64,000 nucleotides of DNA from Vulcanimicrobiota bacterium (GCA_963820825.1 CAWGBN010000006.1:1-64000), one strand, 5' to 3'. Positions 48,705-58,413 are shown, counted from the stretch's first letter. Notes: generated by a model not told the origin, from the letters alone. Program-made: numbers and translations.

Positions 48705-50120
48705 ATGAGACGTTTGGGCGCCGTCCTTCGGACGGCTCTTATCGTCGGTATCGTGGCACAGGCGCAACCTTTGGCGGCCCCCGGCCAGACGATGCCTGCG
48801 TTGCCCCCGGCGGTTTCTAATCGCGTCGACCATATCGCCCTCGACGAGCTTCATGCCGGGCGAACTCCCGGCATTGCCATCGGGATCGTCCAGGACGGTC
48901 GCTTGGTCTATGCACGAGGCTTTGGATTCGCGAGCCTCTCGCCGCACCAACCGATGACCCCCGATACGGAATTCTACGCCGGCGGCCTCACCATGCAGTT
49001 CACCGCCGCGGCGATTCTGCTGCTCGAGCAAGACGGCAAACTCAAACTCGACGACCCGGTCTCGAAGTACGTTCCGGAGCTCAAGGTTGCCGCCAACGTG
49101 ACCATCGCGCAGCTTCTGACCCAGACCTCGGGCCTGCCGAACTATACCGGGGCACCCGGCCTACCCGCCGACGTTACGCAATCGGTCAAGCTCGCCGATC
49201 TCTTCGCCGTCGTCGACAAGATGAAGCCGGTCGCCGATCCGGGGGCGGTCTACGCGAGCAATCCGCTCAACTATCTCCTTGCCGGGCTTATCGTGCAACG
49301 TGCGAGCGGCGTCACGCTCTCGGATTTCCTCGAGCAACGAATCTTCATTCCGCTCGTCATGAATCACACGTTCCTTGCCGGCGACAACGGCATCTCGCCG
49401 AGTCATGCGACGGGCTACACCCGCACACCGGGCGGCTTCGTCAGCGCGCAGATGTGGGACCCGGCGTGGCTCGGGGGCAACGCGGGTTTGGTGACGACGA
49501 TCGACGATCTCGCAAAGTGGGATATCGAGATGCCCGTATTGCTGCGCGTCGACGCGGTCCGGACGATGTACACGCCGGCCGGTAGCAGCGCGGGTCCGAC
49601 GCATTACGGCATGGGATGGGTTATCGACAGCCGCGGCGGTAAGGAGTTCGTTTGGTCGAACGGCCAAATCTCCGGCTATCGCGCGGTGAACGAGCAGCTT
49701 CCGGGCGAGCACATCGGCGTCATCGTCTTTTCAAACTCGGATTCGCTTCACGGAAGCGTCACGGTTCCCGAAGCGGTCGGCGCGCGCGTGCTGGACGCGC
49801 TCAAGCCGCCTTCCTATACAAGGCTGGACAATGCGGTCGTCACCCGCGCGAAGGAATGGTTGAACCGGCTCGCTTCGAAGCAGCTCGATCGCTCGGAGCT
49901 CACCCCGACCTTCAGTGCCTACCTTACCGACGATCTCGTTGCGCGCGAGAACTTTGCGGCGCTGGGACGATTACAGACGATGGTGCCGATCTCGAGCACG
50001 ACCGAATCGAACGGCGATACGCTCTACGAGTTCTTGGTGCGATTCCCGCGCGCGCAGTATCACTACGACTTCGAAGTCGCGCCCAACGGAAAGATCGACG
50101 GAATCGCGCTGGTCTCTTAG
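48705..50120 (+). CDS. Secreted beta-lactamase-family (serine hydrolase) homolog lacking catalytic SxxK
   Basis: PG.AIG, LEQDGKLKLDDPVSKY, TIAQLLTQTSG and YGMGW motifs; SxxK position reads GLTM. Confidence 0.85.
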   Translation: MRRLGAVLRTALIVGIVAQAQPLAAPGQTMPALPPAVSNRVDHIALDELHAGRTPGIAIGIVQDGRLVYARGFGFASLSPHQPMTPDTEFYAGGLTMQFTAAAILLLEQDGKLKLDDPVSKYVPELKVAANVTIAQLLTQTSGLPNYTGAPGLPADVTQSVKLADLFAVVDKMKPVADPGAVYASNPLNYLLAGLIVQRASGVTLSDFLEQRIFIPLVMNHTFLAGDNGISPSHATGYTRTPGGFVSAQMWDPAWLGGNAGLVTTIDDLAKWDIEMPVLLRVDAVRTMYTPAGSSAGPTHYGMGWVIDSRGGKEFVWSNGQISGYRAVNEQLPGEHIGVIVFSNSDSLHGSVTVPEAVGARVLDALKPPSYTRLDNAVVTRAKEWLNRLASKQLDRSELTPTFSAYLTDDLVARENFAALGRLQTMVPISSTTESNGDTLYEFLVRFPRAQYHYDFEVAPNGKIDGIALVS

Positions 50121-50392
50121 TCGTCGCCGTCGGCGAGGCGACGGCCCGTCGCTTCGACGACTTTCCCCAACATCGTTACTGCCTCGGCCCGGGTTGCGTT
50201 ACTGAACATGTAGCGCAAATGTTCGTCGGCATCTTCCACGATCAAGACGGCGCGGCGTCCTCCCCGAACCGAAGCGATGAGCGTATTCAGGTAGGTTTCG
50301 TCTTCGGGCGCGAGCACCGAATGTTCTCCGCCGTCGCGGCTGCGCTCCAGCATTCGTTTCAGCACGGCATCAATGTCGCTCGGTATTTCCAC
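50117..50392 (-). CDS. Hypothetical protein (91 aa)
   Basis: GGAGG SD before GTG 50392; typical codon usage; convergent overlap with the preceding stop. Confidence 0.6.
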   Translation of the reverse strand: MEIPSDIDAVLKRMLERSRDGGEHSVLAPEDETYLNTLIASVRGGRRAVLIVEDADEHLRYMFSNATRAEAVTMLGKVVEATGRRLADGDD

Positions 50393-50457
50393 CTTAACCT
50401 CCAAGACCACTGTCCGCCACGTCGGTAGCAACGGCGATGGCGAGTTACCTACAGTAA

Positions 50458-51012
50458 CTATCGACTAAATTCACTTCCAATTTTATCTTCTCCGCCCTGC
50501 AGCCAAAACAGGGCAAGCACGGTTTTTGCATCGGCCGCGCCGGCAGCGACCAACCGCCATGCCGCCGCAATTGAGAAGACTCCGACCTCGATGCGTTCGT
50601 CGTCGTCGAAGGCGGTCTCGCCGGCGCGCAGTTCTTCGGCATGGAAGAAATGCATCAACTCCGAGCAGAAGCCCGGCGAGGTCCAGACCGAGCCGATCTG
50701 CCGAATTCGTCCGGCAGAGTAACCGGTCTCCTCGCGCAGTTCGCGCAGCGCGCCGTCGATTGGGTCCTCGTCGCGCTCGGCGCTGCCCGCCGGAACCTCC
50801 CAGAGCATCGACCCGGCCGGGTGACGATACTGGCGGACGAGGACGAGCTCGCGCGGCGACGGCGTGGCGACGATTGCGAGCGACGCGCCGTGCTCGACGA
50901 CGTCGAGCCGATGTTCGGATCCGTCGGCGTACGCAACCTCGTCGACGCGCACGTTGAAGACGCGTCCCTCGAAGCAGCAGCGCGAGCTGCGGATGCGCGG
51001 GAGATCGTCCAT
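50458..51012 (-). CDS. NUDIX hydrolase (ADP-ribose pyrophosphatase NudF-like)
   Basis: LVRQYRHP, EVPAG, ALRELREETGY, SPGF and DAKT motifs. Confidence 0.9.
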   Translation of the reverse strand: MDDLPRIRSSRCCFEGRVFNVRVDEVAYADGSEHRLDVVEHGASLAIVATPSPRELVLVRQYRHPAGSMLWEVPAGSAERDEDPIDGALRELREETGYSAGRIRQIGSVWTSPGFCSELMHFFHAEELRAGETAFDDDERIEVGVFSIAAAWRLVAAGAADAKTVLALFWLQGGEDKIGSEFSR

Positions 51013-51063
51013 CGAGCGCCAGAGTTGGCGGAACGGCTCTCTCCCGCCTCGTAAGCAACTGCG

Positions 51064-51279
51064 ATGCCGCAACCTAGGCCCCGGTCTTCGGTCGGTACCG
51101 AGCTCGCCTGGCTCGGGTACTTTCTGGTCGTCTTCGTCTGCGCGGTCTATCTGCTCGTGCGATTGCTGGTGCCGCATCATTTCAACGACAAAATTGCGAT
51201 CGTGCTCGCGGCGATCTTCGCCGGGCTGATCTTGATCGCAACCCGCGCGTGGGTAACCCGGCGATGGCGACGCGGTTAG
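51064..51279 (+). CDS. Small two-TM membrane protein
   Basis: Two hydrophobic helices, basic C-tail; overlaps the trmH-family start. Confidence 0.6.
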   Translation: MPQPRPRSSVGTELAWLGYFLVVFVCAVYLLVRLLVPHHFNDKIAIVLAAIFAGLILIATRAWVTRRWRRG

Positions 51280-52097
51280 GCAACCGGGCCGAACGGCTCG
51301 GCGCGGTGCGCGCACTGCGAACGGTGAAGGGCCGGCGCGAGCATCAGCGCTTCGCCTTCGAAGGGTCGACGATGCTCGGCGAGGCCCTTGCCGCGAACTT
51401 CCCGATCCTCGAGCTCTACGTAACGCAGCCCGCGTACGATACGATCGCGCCGGTGCGCGATCTCGACGCCTCCGGGGTCCCAACCTTTCTCCTCGACCCG
51501 GCCGCCGCCGCGACTCTCTCCGACGTCGTTACGCCCAGCGGGATCGTCGCGGTCGCACCGACCCGCCGGCTCGACGCCCGCAGGCTCCTCGAGACCGGGA
51601 GTCCGCTGCTGGTCCTGGCCGACCTGAGCGACCCCGGAAATGCCGGCACGCTCCTGCGCTCGGGCGATGCCTTCGGCTGCGCGGGCCTCCTCTTCGGCTC
51701 GCTCGGTATCGACCCGTATCACCCCAAGGTCGTCCGAGGATCGATGGGGGGCATTTTCCGCCTTCCCGTGGCAGTCGCCGACCCGGCCCAAACCGCCGCG
51801 GCGGCCGCCGCCGCCGGCGTCCGGCTCCTCGGCCTCGCGACCGGCGGAAGGAGCCTGCAGGACGAGGAGTGGCCTTCTCCGCTGGCCATCGTCGTCGGGA
51901 ATGAGCGGCGGGGTTTGGGTGCCTGGCAGAGCATCTGCGAGCGCATCATTGAGATCCCGATGACCGGCGGCGCGGAGAGTCTTAGTGCAGGTGTCGCCGG
52001 CTCCGTTGCGCTGTATGAATCAAGCAAAAAAGCCCGTGAAAGCAAGCGTTGTCAAGAGAGTGTTTTGACCGAAAAAAGTCAAGACTACCGATGTTAA
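51264..52097 (+). CDS. TrmH/SpoU family RNA methyltransferase
   Basis: DPGNAGTLLRS, KVVRGSMG, GNE..G and IPM...AESL motifs. Confidence 0.9.
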   Translation: MATRLGNRAERLGAVRALRTVKGRREHQRFAFEGSTMLGEALAANFPILELYVTQPAYDTIAPVRDLDASGVPTFLLDPAAAATLSDVVTPSGIVAVAPTRRLDARRLLETGSPLLVLADLSDPGNAGTLLRSGDAFGCAGLLFGSLGIDPYHPKVVRGSMGGIFRLPVAVADPAQTAAAAAAAGVRLLGLATGGRSLQDEEWPSPLAIVVGNERRGLGAWQSICERIIEIPMTGGAESLSAGVAGSVALYESSKKARESKRCQESVLTEKSQDYRC

Positions 52098-52114
52098 AAG
52101 ACGCGTGGTATACT
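52065..52114 (+). promoter_or_regulatory. Promoter for yqzL-pheST
   Basis: Extended -10 TG-G-TATACT (52106-52114); inverted repeat TTGAC-N8-GTCAA (52065-52082). Confidence 0.55.
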
Positions 52115-52172
52115 CAGCCAACGTCAAGTGGGCCGCGCCGGAGCCGACGGCTCAAAAGGAGACAGCAAGCGC

Positions 52173-52274
52173 ATGGCAACGTCCAATCTCTTCTGGAGGC
52201 TTTTCGCCCAAACGGGATCGATCGACGCCTACCTAGCGTATCGAAGGCTGCACGCGGCACCCTCACCTTCCTGA
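52173..52274 (+). CDS. yqzL: YqzL-like small protein (33 aa, missed by the ORF track)
   Basis: AAAGGAG SD; MATSNLFWRLFAQTGSIDAYLAYRRLHAAPSPS matches the FW..F..TG.I.AYL.Y pattern. Confidence 0.75.
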   Translation: MATSNLFWRLFAQTGSIDAYLAYRRLHAAPSPS

Positions 52275-52317
52275 CTATTTTAGCCGCACAACAACAGACC
52301 AAAAGTCGGTTTTGGAG

Positions 52318-52355
52318 GCGCCCGGTAACGTAGAACGAACCGGGCGCTTTGCTTT
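52318..52355 (+). terminator. Intrinsic terminator/attenuator hairpin just before pheS
   Basis: GCGCCCGGT-N12-ACCGGGCGC followed by TTTGCTTT. Confidence 0.6.
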
Positions 52356-52364
52356 GGAAGAGCG

Positions 52365-53399
52365 ATGACGGATTTAACGGACGAGCTTCGCCGTCTGCGA
52401 GAACGCTTCGACGCCGCGGCCGCCGCTGCAAACGACGAAGCGGCACTCGAAAACGTGCGCGTTACCTATCTGGGACGCAGCGGCGAGGTCACGAAGGTTC
52501 GCCGGACGATCGGCACGCTCGCACCGCAGGAACGCCCGGGCGCGGGAAAGGCGATCAACGACGCGGTCGCCGCGATGGAGGCACGGCTAGCGGAGCTCCA
52601 GGCGCGCATCGAGGCACGCGCCTTCGAGGAGGAGCTCGCGGCCTCGATCGACGTGACGTTTCCCGCGACTCCGGCGAAACTCGGCTCGATTCATCCGGTC
52701 CGGCGGATCGTCGCCGAGAGCTGCGCCTACTTCACGCGGCACGGCTTTGCCGTCGTCGTCGGCCCTGAAGCGGAACCCGACTACTATAACTTCGACGCGC
52801 TCAACATTCCGAGCGAGCATCCGGCGCGCGAGAGCTTCGATTCGTTCTGGCTGACCGGCACGACCCTGCTGCGTCCGCATACCTCGCCGATGCAAGTTCG
52901 CACGATGCAGCAGCACGCGCCGCCGATTGCGATCGTCGCCCCGGGAAAGTGCTACCGGCGCGACGCCGTCGACGCACGCCACCTCTTTCAATTTCATCAG
53001 GTCGAAGGGCTGCTCGTCGCCGAGGGCATTCACTTCGGTCACCTCAAGGGGATGTTGACCGGGCTCTGTCGCGAGCTCTTCGGCGCGAGCCAGAGCGTCC
53101 GTTTTCGCCCCTCGTACTTTCCCTTTACCGAACCGAGCGCCGAGGTCGACACGACCTGCCCGAAATGCCGCGGCAAGACCTCGAGCTGCAACATGTGCGG
53201 CGGCTCGGGGTGGATCGAACTCGGCGGATCGGGAATGGTGCATCCCAATGTCCTGCGAGAAGTCGGCTACGATCCCGAACGCTACTCGGGTTGGGCCTTT
53301 GGTTTCGGCGTCGAGCGGCTGGGTTTGGCGCGTTACGAAGTCGACGACATTCGGCGATTCGTCAACGGCGATCCCGATTTTCTCCGGCAGCTAAGCTGA
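52365..53399 (+). CDS. pheS: Phenylalanine--tRNA ligase alpha subunit
   Basis: NFDALN...HPAR, HTSP.Q.R, FHQVEG, FRPSYFPFTEPS and GWAFG.G.ERL motifs. Confidence 0.98.
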   Translation: MTDLTDELRRLRERFDAAAAAANDEAALENVRVTYLGRSGEVTKVRRTIGTLAPQERPGAGKAINDAVAAMEARLAELQARIEARAFEEELAASIDVTFPATPAKLGSIHPVRRIVAESCAYFTRHGFAVVVGPEAEPDYYNFDALNIPSEHPARESFDSFWLTGTTLLRPHTSPMQVRTMQQHAPPIAIVAPGKCYRRDAVDARHLFQFHQVEGLLVAEGIHFGHLKGMLTGLCRELFGASQSVRFRPSYFPFTEPSAEVDTTCPKCRGKTSSCNMCGGSGWIELGGSGMVHPNVLREVGYDPERYSGWAFGFGVERLGLARYEVDDIRRFVNGDPDFLRQLS

Positions 53400-53409
53400 G
53401 CGCCGAACG

Positions 53410-55740
53410 GTGCGCGTCCCAATAAGCTGGCTGCGCGAGTACGTCGCGCTACCGAACGAAACCGAGGCGATCGCGGAACGGCTTGCGATGCTCGGCTTCC
53501 CCGTCGCGGCGATCGAACGCCGGCCGCGCATCTCCGGCGTCGTCACAGGCCGCATCGCAAGCGTCGAAAAGCATCCGAATGCCGACCGGCTGCTCGTCGC
53601 GCGAGTCGACGTTGCGCGCGAGAGCCCGCTGACGATCGCCACCGCCGCCACGAACGTCGCGGCGGGCCAGACCATCTCGGTCGCAACGATCGGTGCAAAG
53701 CTGCCCCAACTGACGATCGAGGCCCGAACGATGCGCGGCGTCGCGTCGCAGGGCATGATGATCTCGGCCGACGAGCTGGCACTGCCGGCCGACTGGTTCG
53801 AAGACGGGATCATGCAGCTCGACGGCACGATTGAACCCGGACTCGACGCGGTCGAGCTCTTCGGCCTCGACACCGACGTCCTCGACGTCGAGATTACCGC
53901 GAACCGCCCCGACTCGATGTCGATCCTCGGCCTGGCCCGCGAGCTCGCGGCTTCGTACGGCGTCGCGTTGCGGTTGCCGTCGTTTGAGAATCCGGGGGAT
54001 CGCGAGGAACCGCCGGGTAAGGCTCCGGCGGTCTCGATCGATTCGTCCGACTGCTACCGGTTCGTCGCACAACGATTCGACGGCGTCACCGTCGAGCCGG
54101 CGCCGGCATGGATGCGCGTCCGGCTCGCGCTCGCCGGCCAGCGCCCGATCAACAATCTCGTCGACGTCTCCAACTATGTCATGCTCGAGACCGGGCAGCC
54201 GCTGCACTTTTACGATGCCGCAATGGTTGCGGGCAACCGGCTCGCGGTGCGAAGCGCACGCGAAGGAGAGCGGATCGTCACGCTCGACGGCGTCGAACGA
54301 ACGCTCGAGCCGCAAGCGCTCGTCATCGCCGACGACGAGCGGGCGCTCGGCCTTGCCGGGCTGATGGGCGGCGCGACGAGCGAAGTCACCGCCATGACGA
54401 CCGCGATCGTGCTCGAAGCGGCCAACTTCAACGGGACGCGCGTTCGCCGCATGAGTGCGGCACTCGCGCTTCGCAGCGAGGCCTCGTCGCGTCACGAGAA
54501 GTCGCTGGCGCCGGCGTTGACCGATATCGGAGCGGCACGCGCGGCGCAACTGCTCCGCGACCTGGGCGCGACCGCCTACCGGCCGCGCGCGTTCGGCGGC
54601 GAGATTCTCACGCCGGCCGCGATTGCGTTGCCGGTTGCCGACGTCGAACGATTGCTCGGGATGCGAATCGACGCGGGCCGGATTGCGGCGCACCTTACCG
54701 CGCTCGGCTGCGAGGTGCGCTCGGAGAGCGATGCGACGCTCGCCGTGACGCCGCCCCTCTGGCGGCTTGATTTGACGATTCCCGCCGACTTGGTCGAGGA
54801 GGTCGCGCGCGTCGAAGGCTACGACCGGATTCCGGCGGTCGTGCCGTCGGTTCCCGCTCACGAGATCTCGAGCGCCGCCTTCGAGTTGGAGAATGCGATC
54901 GCGCAGGTTCTCGCCGGCCTCGGATATCGTGAAATCGTTACGCATTCGCTGCGCGCGACGGGCGACGCCGATTCGATCGAAGTGCGCAACCCGCTCTCCG
55001 AGGAACACCGCTTTCTTCGCGATTCGCTCGCTCCCGGAATGATCGAGTATCTCGCGGGCGTCGCGGTGCCCGCGCGCGTCTTCGAGCTCGGTCAGATCTT
55101 TCGTCGCGACGGCGATCGCATCGACGAGCGCACGGCGATCGGTTTCGGATTCTCCACGCAGCGCAGCGGCGAGCCGCCGTGGCGCGATTCGGATTTTCTG
55201 CGATTGAAGGGCGATTGCGAAGCGTTGCTGCGCGCCGTAACCGGTCGCGCGGCGGAGGTCTTGCCCGGAACGCGGCCCGCGTTCCATCCCGGTAAGACCG
55301 GAATCGTTCTCATCGACGGAGGCGAGCTGGGCACAATTGGCTGCGTCGATCCGCGGCTGACCAAAGCGCGCGATCTCAACGGGAACGCCTACCTCTGTCT
55401 GCTCGAGACGGGTGCGATTCCGGCCTACCGGACTCCGCACTACCGGCCGCCGTCGCGCTTTCCGTCGACATATCGCGATCTCGCGCTCGTCGTCGAGACT
55501 TCAGTCGCCGCGCGCGAGATCGAGCAGAGCGTCTCCGAGCTCCTCGGCGCGCTCTGCACCGGCGTCGCCGTCTTCGACGAATACCGCGGACCACAAATCG
55601 GAGACGGCCGCAAGAGCCTCGCGGTGCGCATCACGTTGCAGCGGTTCGATACAACGATTACCGACGAGGAGGCCGACGCGGCGGTCGGTCGCGTACTCGA
55701 TGCGATGCGCGAGCGATTCGGAGCGACGATTCGAGCGTGA
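53410..55740 (+). CDS. pheT: Phenylalanine--tRNA ligase beta subunit
   Basis: SWLREY, HPNADRL, TANRPD, NNLVDVSNYVMLE.GQPLH, DLVEEVAR and FDX-ACB C-terminus. Confidence 0.97.
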   Translation: MRVPISWLREYVALPNETEAIAERLAMLGFPVAAIERRPRISGVVTGRIASVEKHPNADRLLVARVDVARESPLTIATAATNVAAGQTISVATIGAKLPQLTIEARTMRGVASQGMMISADELALPADWFEDGIMQLDGTIEPGLDAVELFGLDTDVLDVEITANRPDSMSILGLARELAASYGVALRLPSFENPGDREEPPGKAPAVSIDSSDCYRFVAQRFDGVTVEPAPAWMRVRLALAGQRPINNLVDVSNYVMLETGQPLHFYDAAMVAGNRLAVRSAREGERIVTLDGVERTLEPQALVIADDERALGLAGLMGGATSEVTAMTTAIVLEAANFNGTRVRRMSAALALRSEASSRHEKSLAPALTDIGAARAAQLLRDLGATAYRPRAFGGEILTPAAIALPVADVERLLGMRIDAGRIAAHLTALGCEVRSESDATLAVTPPLWRLDLTIPADLVEEVARVEGYDRIPAVVPSVPAHEISSAAFELENAIAQVLAGLGYREIVTHSLRATGDADSIEVRNPLSEEHRFLRDSLAPGMIEYLAGVAVPARVFELGQIFRRDGDRIDERTAIGFGFSTQRSGEPPWRDSDFLRLKGDCEALLRAVTGRAAEVLPGTRPAFHPGKTGIVLIDGGELGTIGCVDPRLTKARDLNGNAYLCLLETGAIPAYRTPHYRPPSRFPSTYRDLALVVETSVAAREIEQSVSELLGALCTGVAVFDEYRGPQIGDGRKSLAVRITLQRFDTTITDEEADAAVGRVLDAMRERFGATIRA

Positions 55741-56282
55741 TCTTTGGGGCCGCCCCGTGGGTGGACGTCATCGTCGTCATCGTGCTGGTCATCGCAACGT
55801 ATAAGGGTTTTTCGCGAGGCTTCGTATCGGAACTGGGCGGCGCGGTCGCCGCAACCGCCGCGTTGGTAACGCCCTGGTTCTACAACGGCGCATTCGATCC
55901 GCAGATCGCACGGCTGCTCAACCTCGGGCCGGGCTCCGCGCACGTCATCGGCATGTTTGCCACGGGCCTCGCCACCTACCTCGCGATCTTAGTGATCGCG
56001 CGCATGCTCGGGACGATCGCAAAGCTTCCGCTGCTCGGATTCGGCAACTCGATCGGCGGAGCGATCGTCGGGTTTACGAAGGGAGCGTTTCTCCTGTGGC
56101 TCGTGCTCTTCGTCGCGCTCTACTTTCCACTCTCACGCGACATTCGCGACGGTCTCCATCAGTCGCGGCTCGCGCCGTACCTCGTGACCTACGACGCGCC
56201 GATCGACGAAGCGATTCTCTCGACCATTCCCTGGTTCGCGCGGCCCTTCGTTATGCCGTACTTTCGGCGACACCACTTGTAA
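55737..56282 (+). CDS. cvpA: CvpA family membrane protein
   Basis: VD...L....KG..RGF..E, GGA..G..KG and S.L motifs. Confidence 0.8.
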   Translation: MIFGAAPWVDVIVVIVLVIATYKGFSRGFVSELGGAVAATAALVTPWFYNGAFDPQIARLLNLGPGSAHVIGMFATGLATYLAILVIARMLGTIAKLPLLGFGNSIGGAIVGFTKGAFLLWLVLFVALYFPLSRDIRDGLHQSRLAPYLVTYDAPIDEAILSTIPWFARPFVMPYFRRHHL

Positions 56283-57363
56283 CGGGCAACTCGAATTCGA
56301 TCGCCGCGAGCGCACCGAGTACGTCGGCCTCGCTCACGTCGCCCATCGTGCCGAAGCGCACGATCTTCCCCGCGAGCTCACCCTGACCGCCCGCGAGCAC
56401 GACGCCGTGCTTTTCACGTAAGCTGCGCAGCAACGCCTTCGCCTCGACGCCCGCCGGCGGATAGGCGGCGACGACCGTCGGCGAGTGCGCACCGGGGTGC
56501 GAGACGAGCGTAAAGCCCATCTCGACGAGCGCCGAGCGGACGATCTCCGCAAAGCGCGCGTGGCGCGAAAAGACCGCTTCCATTCCCTCGGCGTGATAGC
56601 GCTGCAAGGCGAGGTCGAGTGCGTAGAGCATCGAAATCGGCGGTGTCCAGGGCGTCTCGCCGGCGTGCGCAAAATCGCGAGCGCGCCGCAGATCGAAATA
56701 ATAGCGTGGCGTTCCCGCCCGCGCGGTGCGCGCCCAGGCGCGTTCGCTCAAGGCGGCCATGGCGACGCCGGGAGGCGCGGCAAAACCCTTCTGCGATGCG
56801 GTGACCACGCCGTCGTATCCCCATTCGTCCATACGAAACTCGGAGGCTCCGATTCCGCTGACCGAGTCGACGAGCGAGACGGCGTGGTGCGCGCGCAAAA
56901 CCTTTGCGATCGCCGCCATGTCGCAGGCAACGCCGGTGGAGGTTTCGTTGTGCGTCAGCAGGACGCCGTCGATATGCCGCTCCGCGCCGCGCGCGAGCCG
57001 CGCGGCAAGCGCCGCCGGATCGAGCGCGGCGCCGAGCGGCGTCTCGAGCGGTTCGACGATGCAGCCGTATGCGGTCGCGATCTCGGCAAAGCGCTTGCCG
57101 AACGCGCCGACGGCACACGAGAGCAGCCGCTCTCCCGGTGAGAAGACGTTCGTAACGACCGCTTCGAGCGCACCCGTTCCGGAACTCCCGAGCAGCACGA
57201 CCTCTTGACTCGTGCCAAACGCCGCCGGCAGCGCAGCGGTAATGCGAGCGAGCAGCGCGGCAAACTCTTCGCCGCGGTGGTTGACGAGCGGTCGCGCGGC
57301 GGCCTGCAGCACCGGCTCCGCGACCGTGACCGGTCCGGGAAGGAATAAGAGTTGCCTTGGCAT
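56251..57363 (-). CDS. Class V PLP aminotransferase (alanine/serine-glyoxylate type)
   Basis: PGP, HRG..F, SSGTGALE, HNETSTG, D.VS, SQK...PPG and TP.TP motifs. Confidence 0.9.
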   Translation of the reverse strand: MPRQLLFLPGPVTVAEPVLQAAARPLVNHRGEEFAALLARITAALPAAFGTSQEVVLLGSSGTGALEAVVTNVFSPGERLLSCAVGAFGKRFAEIATAYGCIVEPLETPLGAALDPAALAARLARGAERHIDGVLLTHNETSTGVACDMAAIAKVLRAHHAVSLVDSVSGIGASEFRMDEWGYDGVVTASQKGFAAPPGVAMAALSERAWARTARAGTPRYYFDLRRARDFAHAGETPWTPPISMLYALDLALQRYHAEGMEAVFSRHARFAEIVRSALVEMGFTLVSHPGAHSPTVVAAYPPAGVEAKALLRSLREKHGVVLAGGQGELAGKIVRFGTMGDVSEADVLGALAAIEFELPVTSGVAESTA

Positions 57364-57378
57364 CGAAACCCACTTTCG

Positions 57379-58413
57379 ATGGACGTTGCAGGCATCCGCC
57401 TAACCGAGCTTTCGAGCTGCGCCGGCTGCGCGGCGAAGCTGGGCGCAGCCGAGTTGCGCCGAGTTATGGAGCGCGTTTCGCCCGCGACCGACGACCGCGT
57501 TCTCGTCGGCTACGGAAGCAGCGACGACGCCGGCGTCTACCAGCTTCGAGAGGATCTCGCGCTCGTCGCGACCGTCGATTTCTTCACGCCGATCGTCGAC
57601 GACCCGTTCGACTTCGGCCGCATCGCCGCAACGAACGCGCTCTCCGACGTCTACGCGATGGGCGGCCGGCCGTTGACCGCGCTGAACATCGTCGCCTTTC
57701 CCGAGGATCTCGATCTCGAAATTCTCGCGCGCATTCTCGAAGGCGGCGCGAGCGTCGCCCGCTCTGCAAAGGTGGCCGTGATCGGCGGCCACACGATTAA
57801 AGATTCCGAGCCGAAGTACGGTATGGCCGTCACCGGGGTCGTCGATCCCAAGCGCATCGTCACCAATGCGGCGGCGCGGCCCGGCGATCTGCTGGTGCTG
57901 ACCAAGCCGCTCGGCACGGGCGTGCTTACGACCGCGCTCAAGCGCGCCGCGATCGCGGCGCCCGAGCTCGAGGAAGCGGTGCGCGCGATGACGACGCTCA
58001 ACGACGTCGCCGCGAACGCGATGCTCGCCGCCGGCGCGCTCGCGGCAACGGACGTCACCGGCTTCGGATTGCTCGGCCACGCCGCCAATATGGCACGCGC
58101 TTCCAAGGTGCGGCTCGTCATCGAGGCCGCGGCGGTGCCGTTCATGAACCGCGTGCTCGAGCTCGTCGAGGCCGGCTTCGTGCCGGGCGGAACGCGACGC
58201 AACGCCGAGACGCATGCGGAGTTTACCGAGTTTGCAGGCTCGGTACCGCAGGCCGTCCGCATCGGACTCTCCGACGCGCAGACCTCGGGCGGTCTATTGA
58301 TCGCCATCGGCTCCGCGCGCGCCGGCGAGCTGATCCGCGCACTCGAAGGCAGCGGCACGCTCGCCGCCGTCATCGGCGCGGTGCGCGAGGGCGCGGATAT
58401 CGAAGTGCGGTAA
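57379..58413 (+). CDS. selD: Selenide, water dikinase (Cys form)
   Basis: LT....CAGCAAK, DDAGVY, TVDFFTPIVDDP, DVTGFGLLGH and DAQTSGGLL motifs. Confidence 0.96.
   Translation: MDVAGIRLTELSSCAGCAAKLGAAELRRVMERVSPATDDRVLVGYGSSDDAGVYQLREDLALVATVDFFTPIVDDPFDFGRIAATNALSDVYAMGGRPLTALNIVAFPEDLDLEILARILEGGASVARSAKVAVIGGHTIKDSEPKYGMAVTGVVDPKRIVTNAAARPGDLLVLTKPLGTGVLTTALKRAAIAAPELEEAVRAMTTLNDVAANAMLAAGALAATDVTGFGLLGHAANMARASKVRLVIEAAAVPFMNRVLELVEAGFVPGGTRRNAETHAEFTEFAGSVPQAVRIGLSDAQTSGGLLIAIGSARAGELIRALEGSGTLAAVIGAVREGADIEVR

Noticed and set aside
52275..52364. T-box riboswitch before pheS
   Set aside because: No GGTGGNACCGCG T-box sequence and no room for stem I
57409..57440. Selenocysteine codon or SECIS in selD
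   Set aside because: The active site is TGC-GCC-GGC-TGC (Cys); no in-frame TGA
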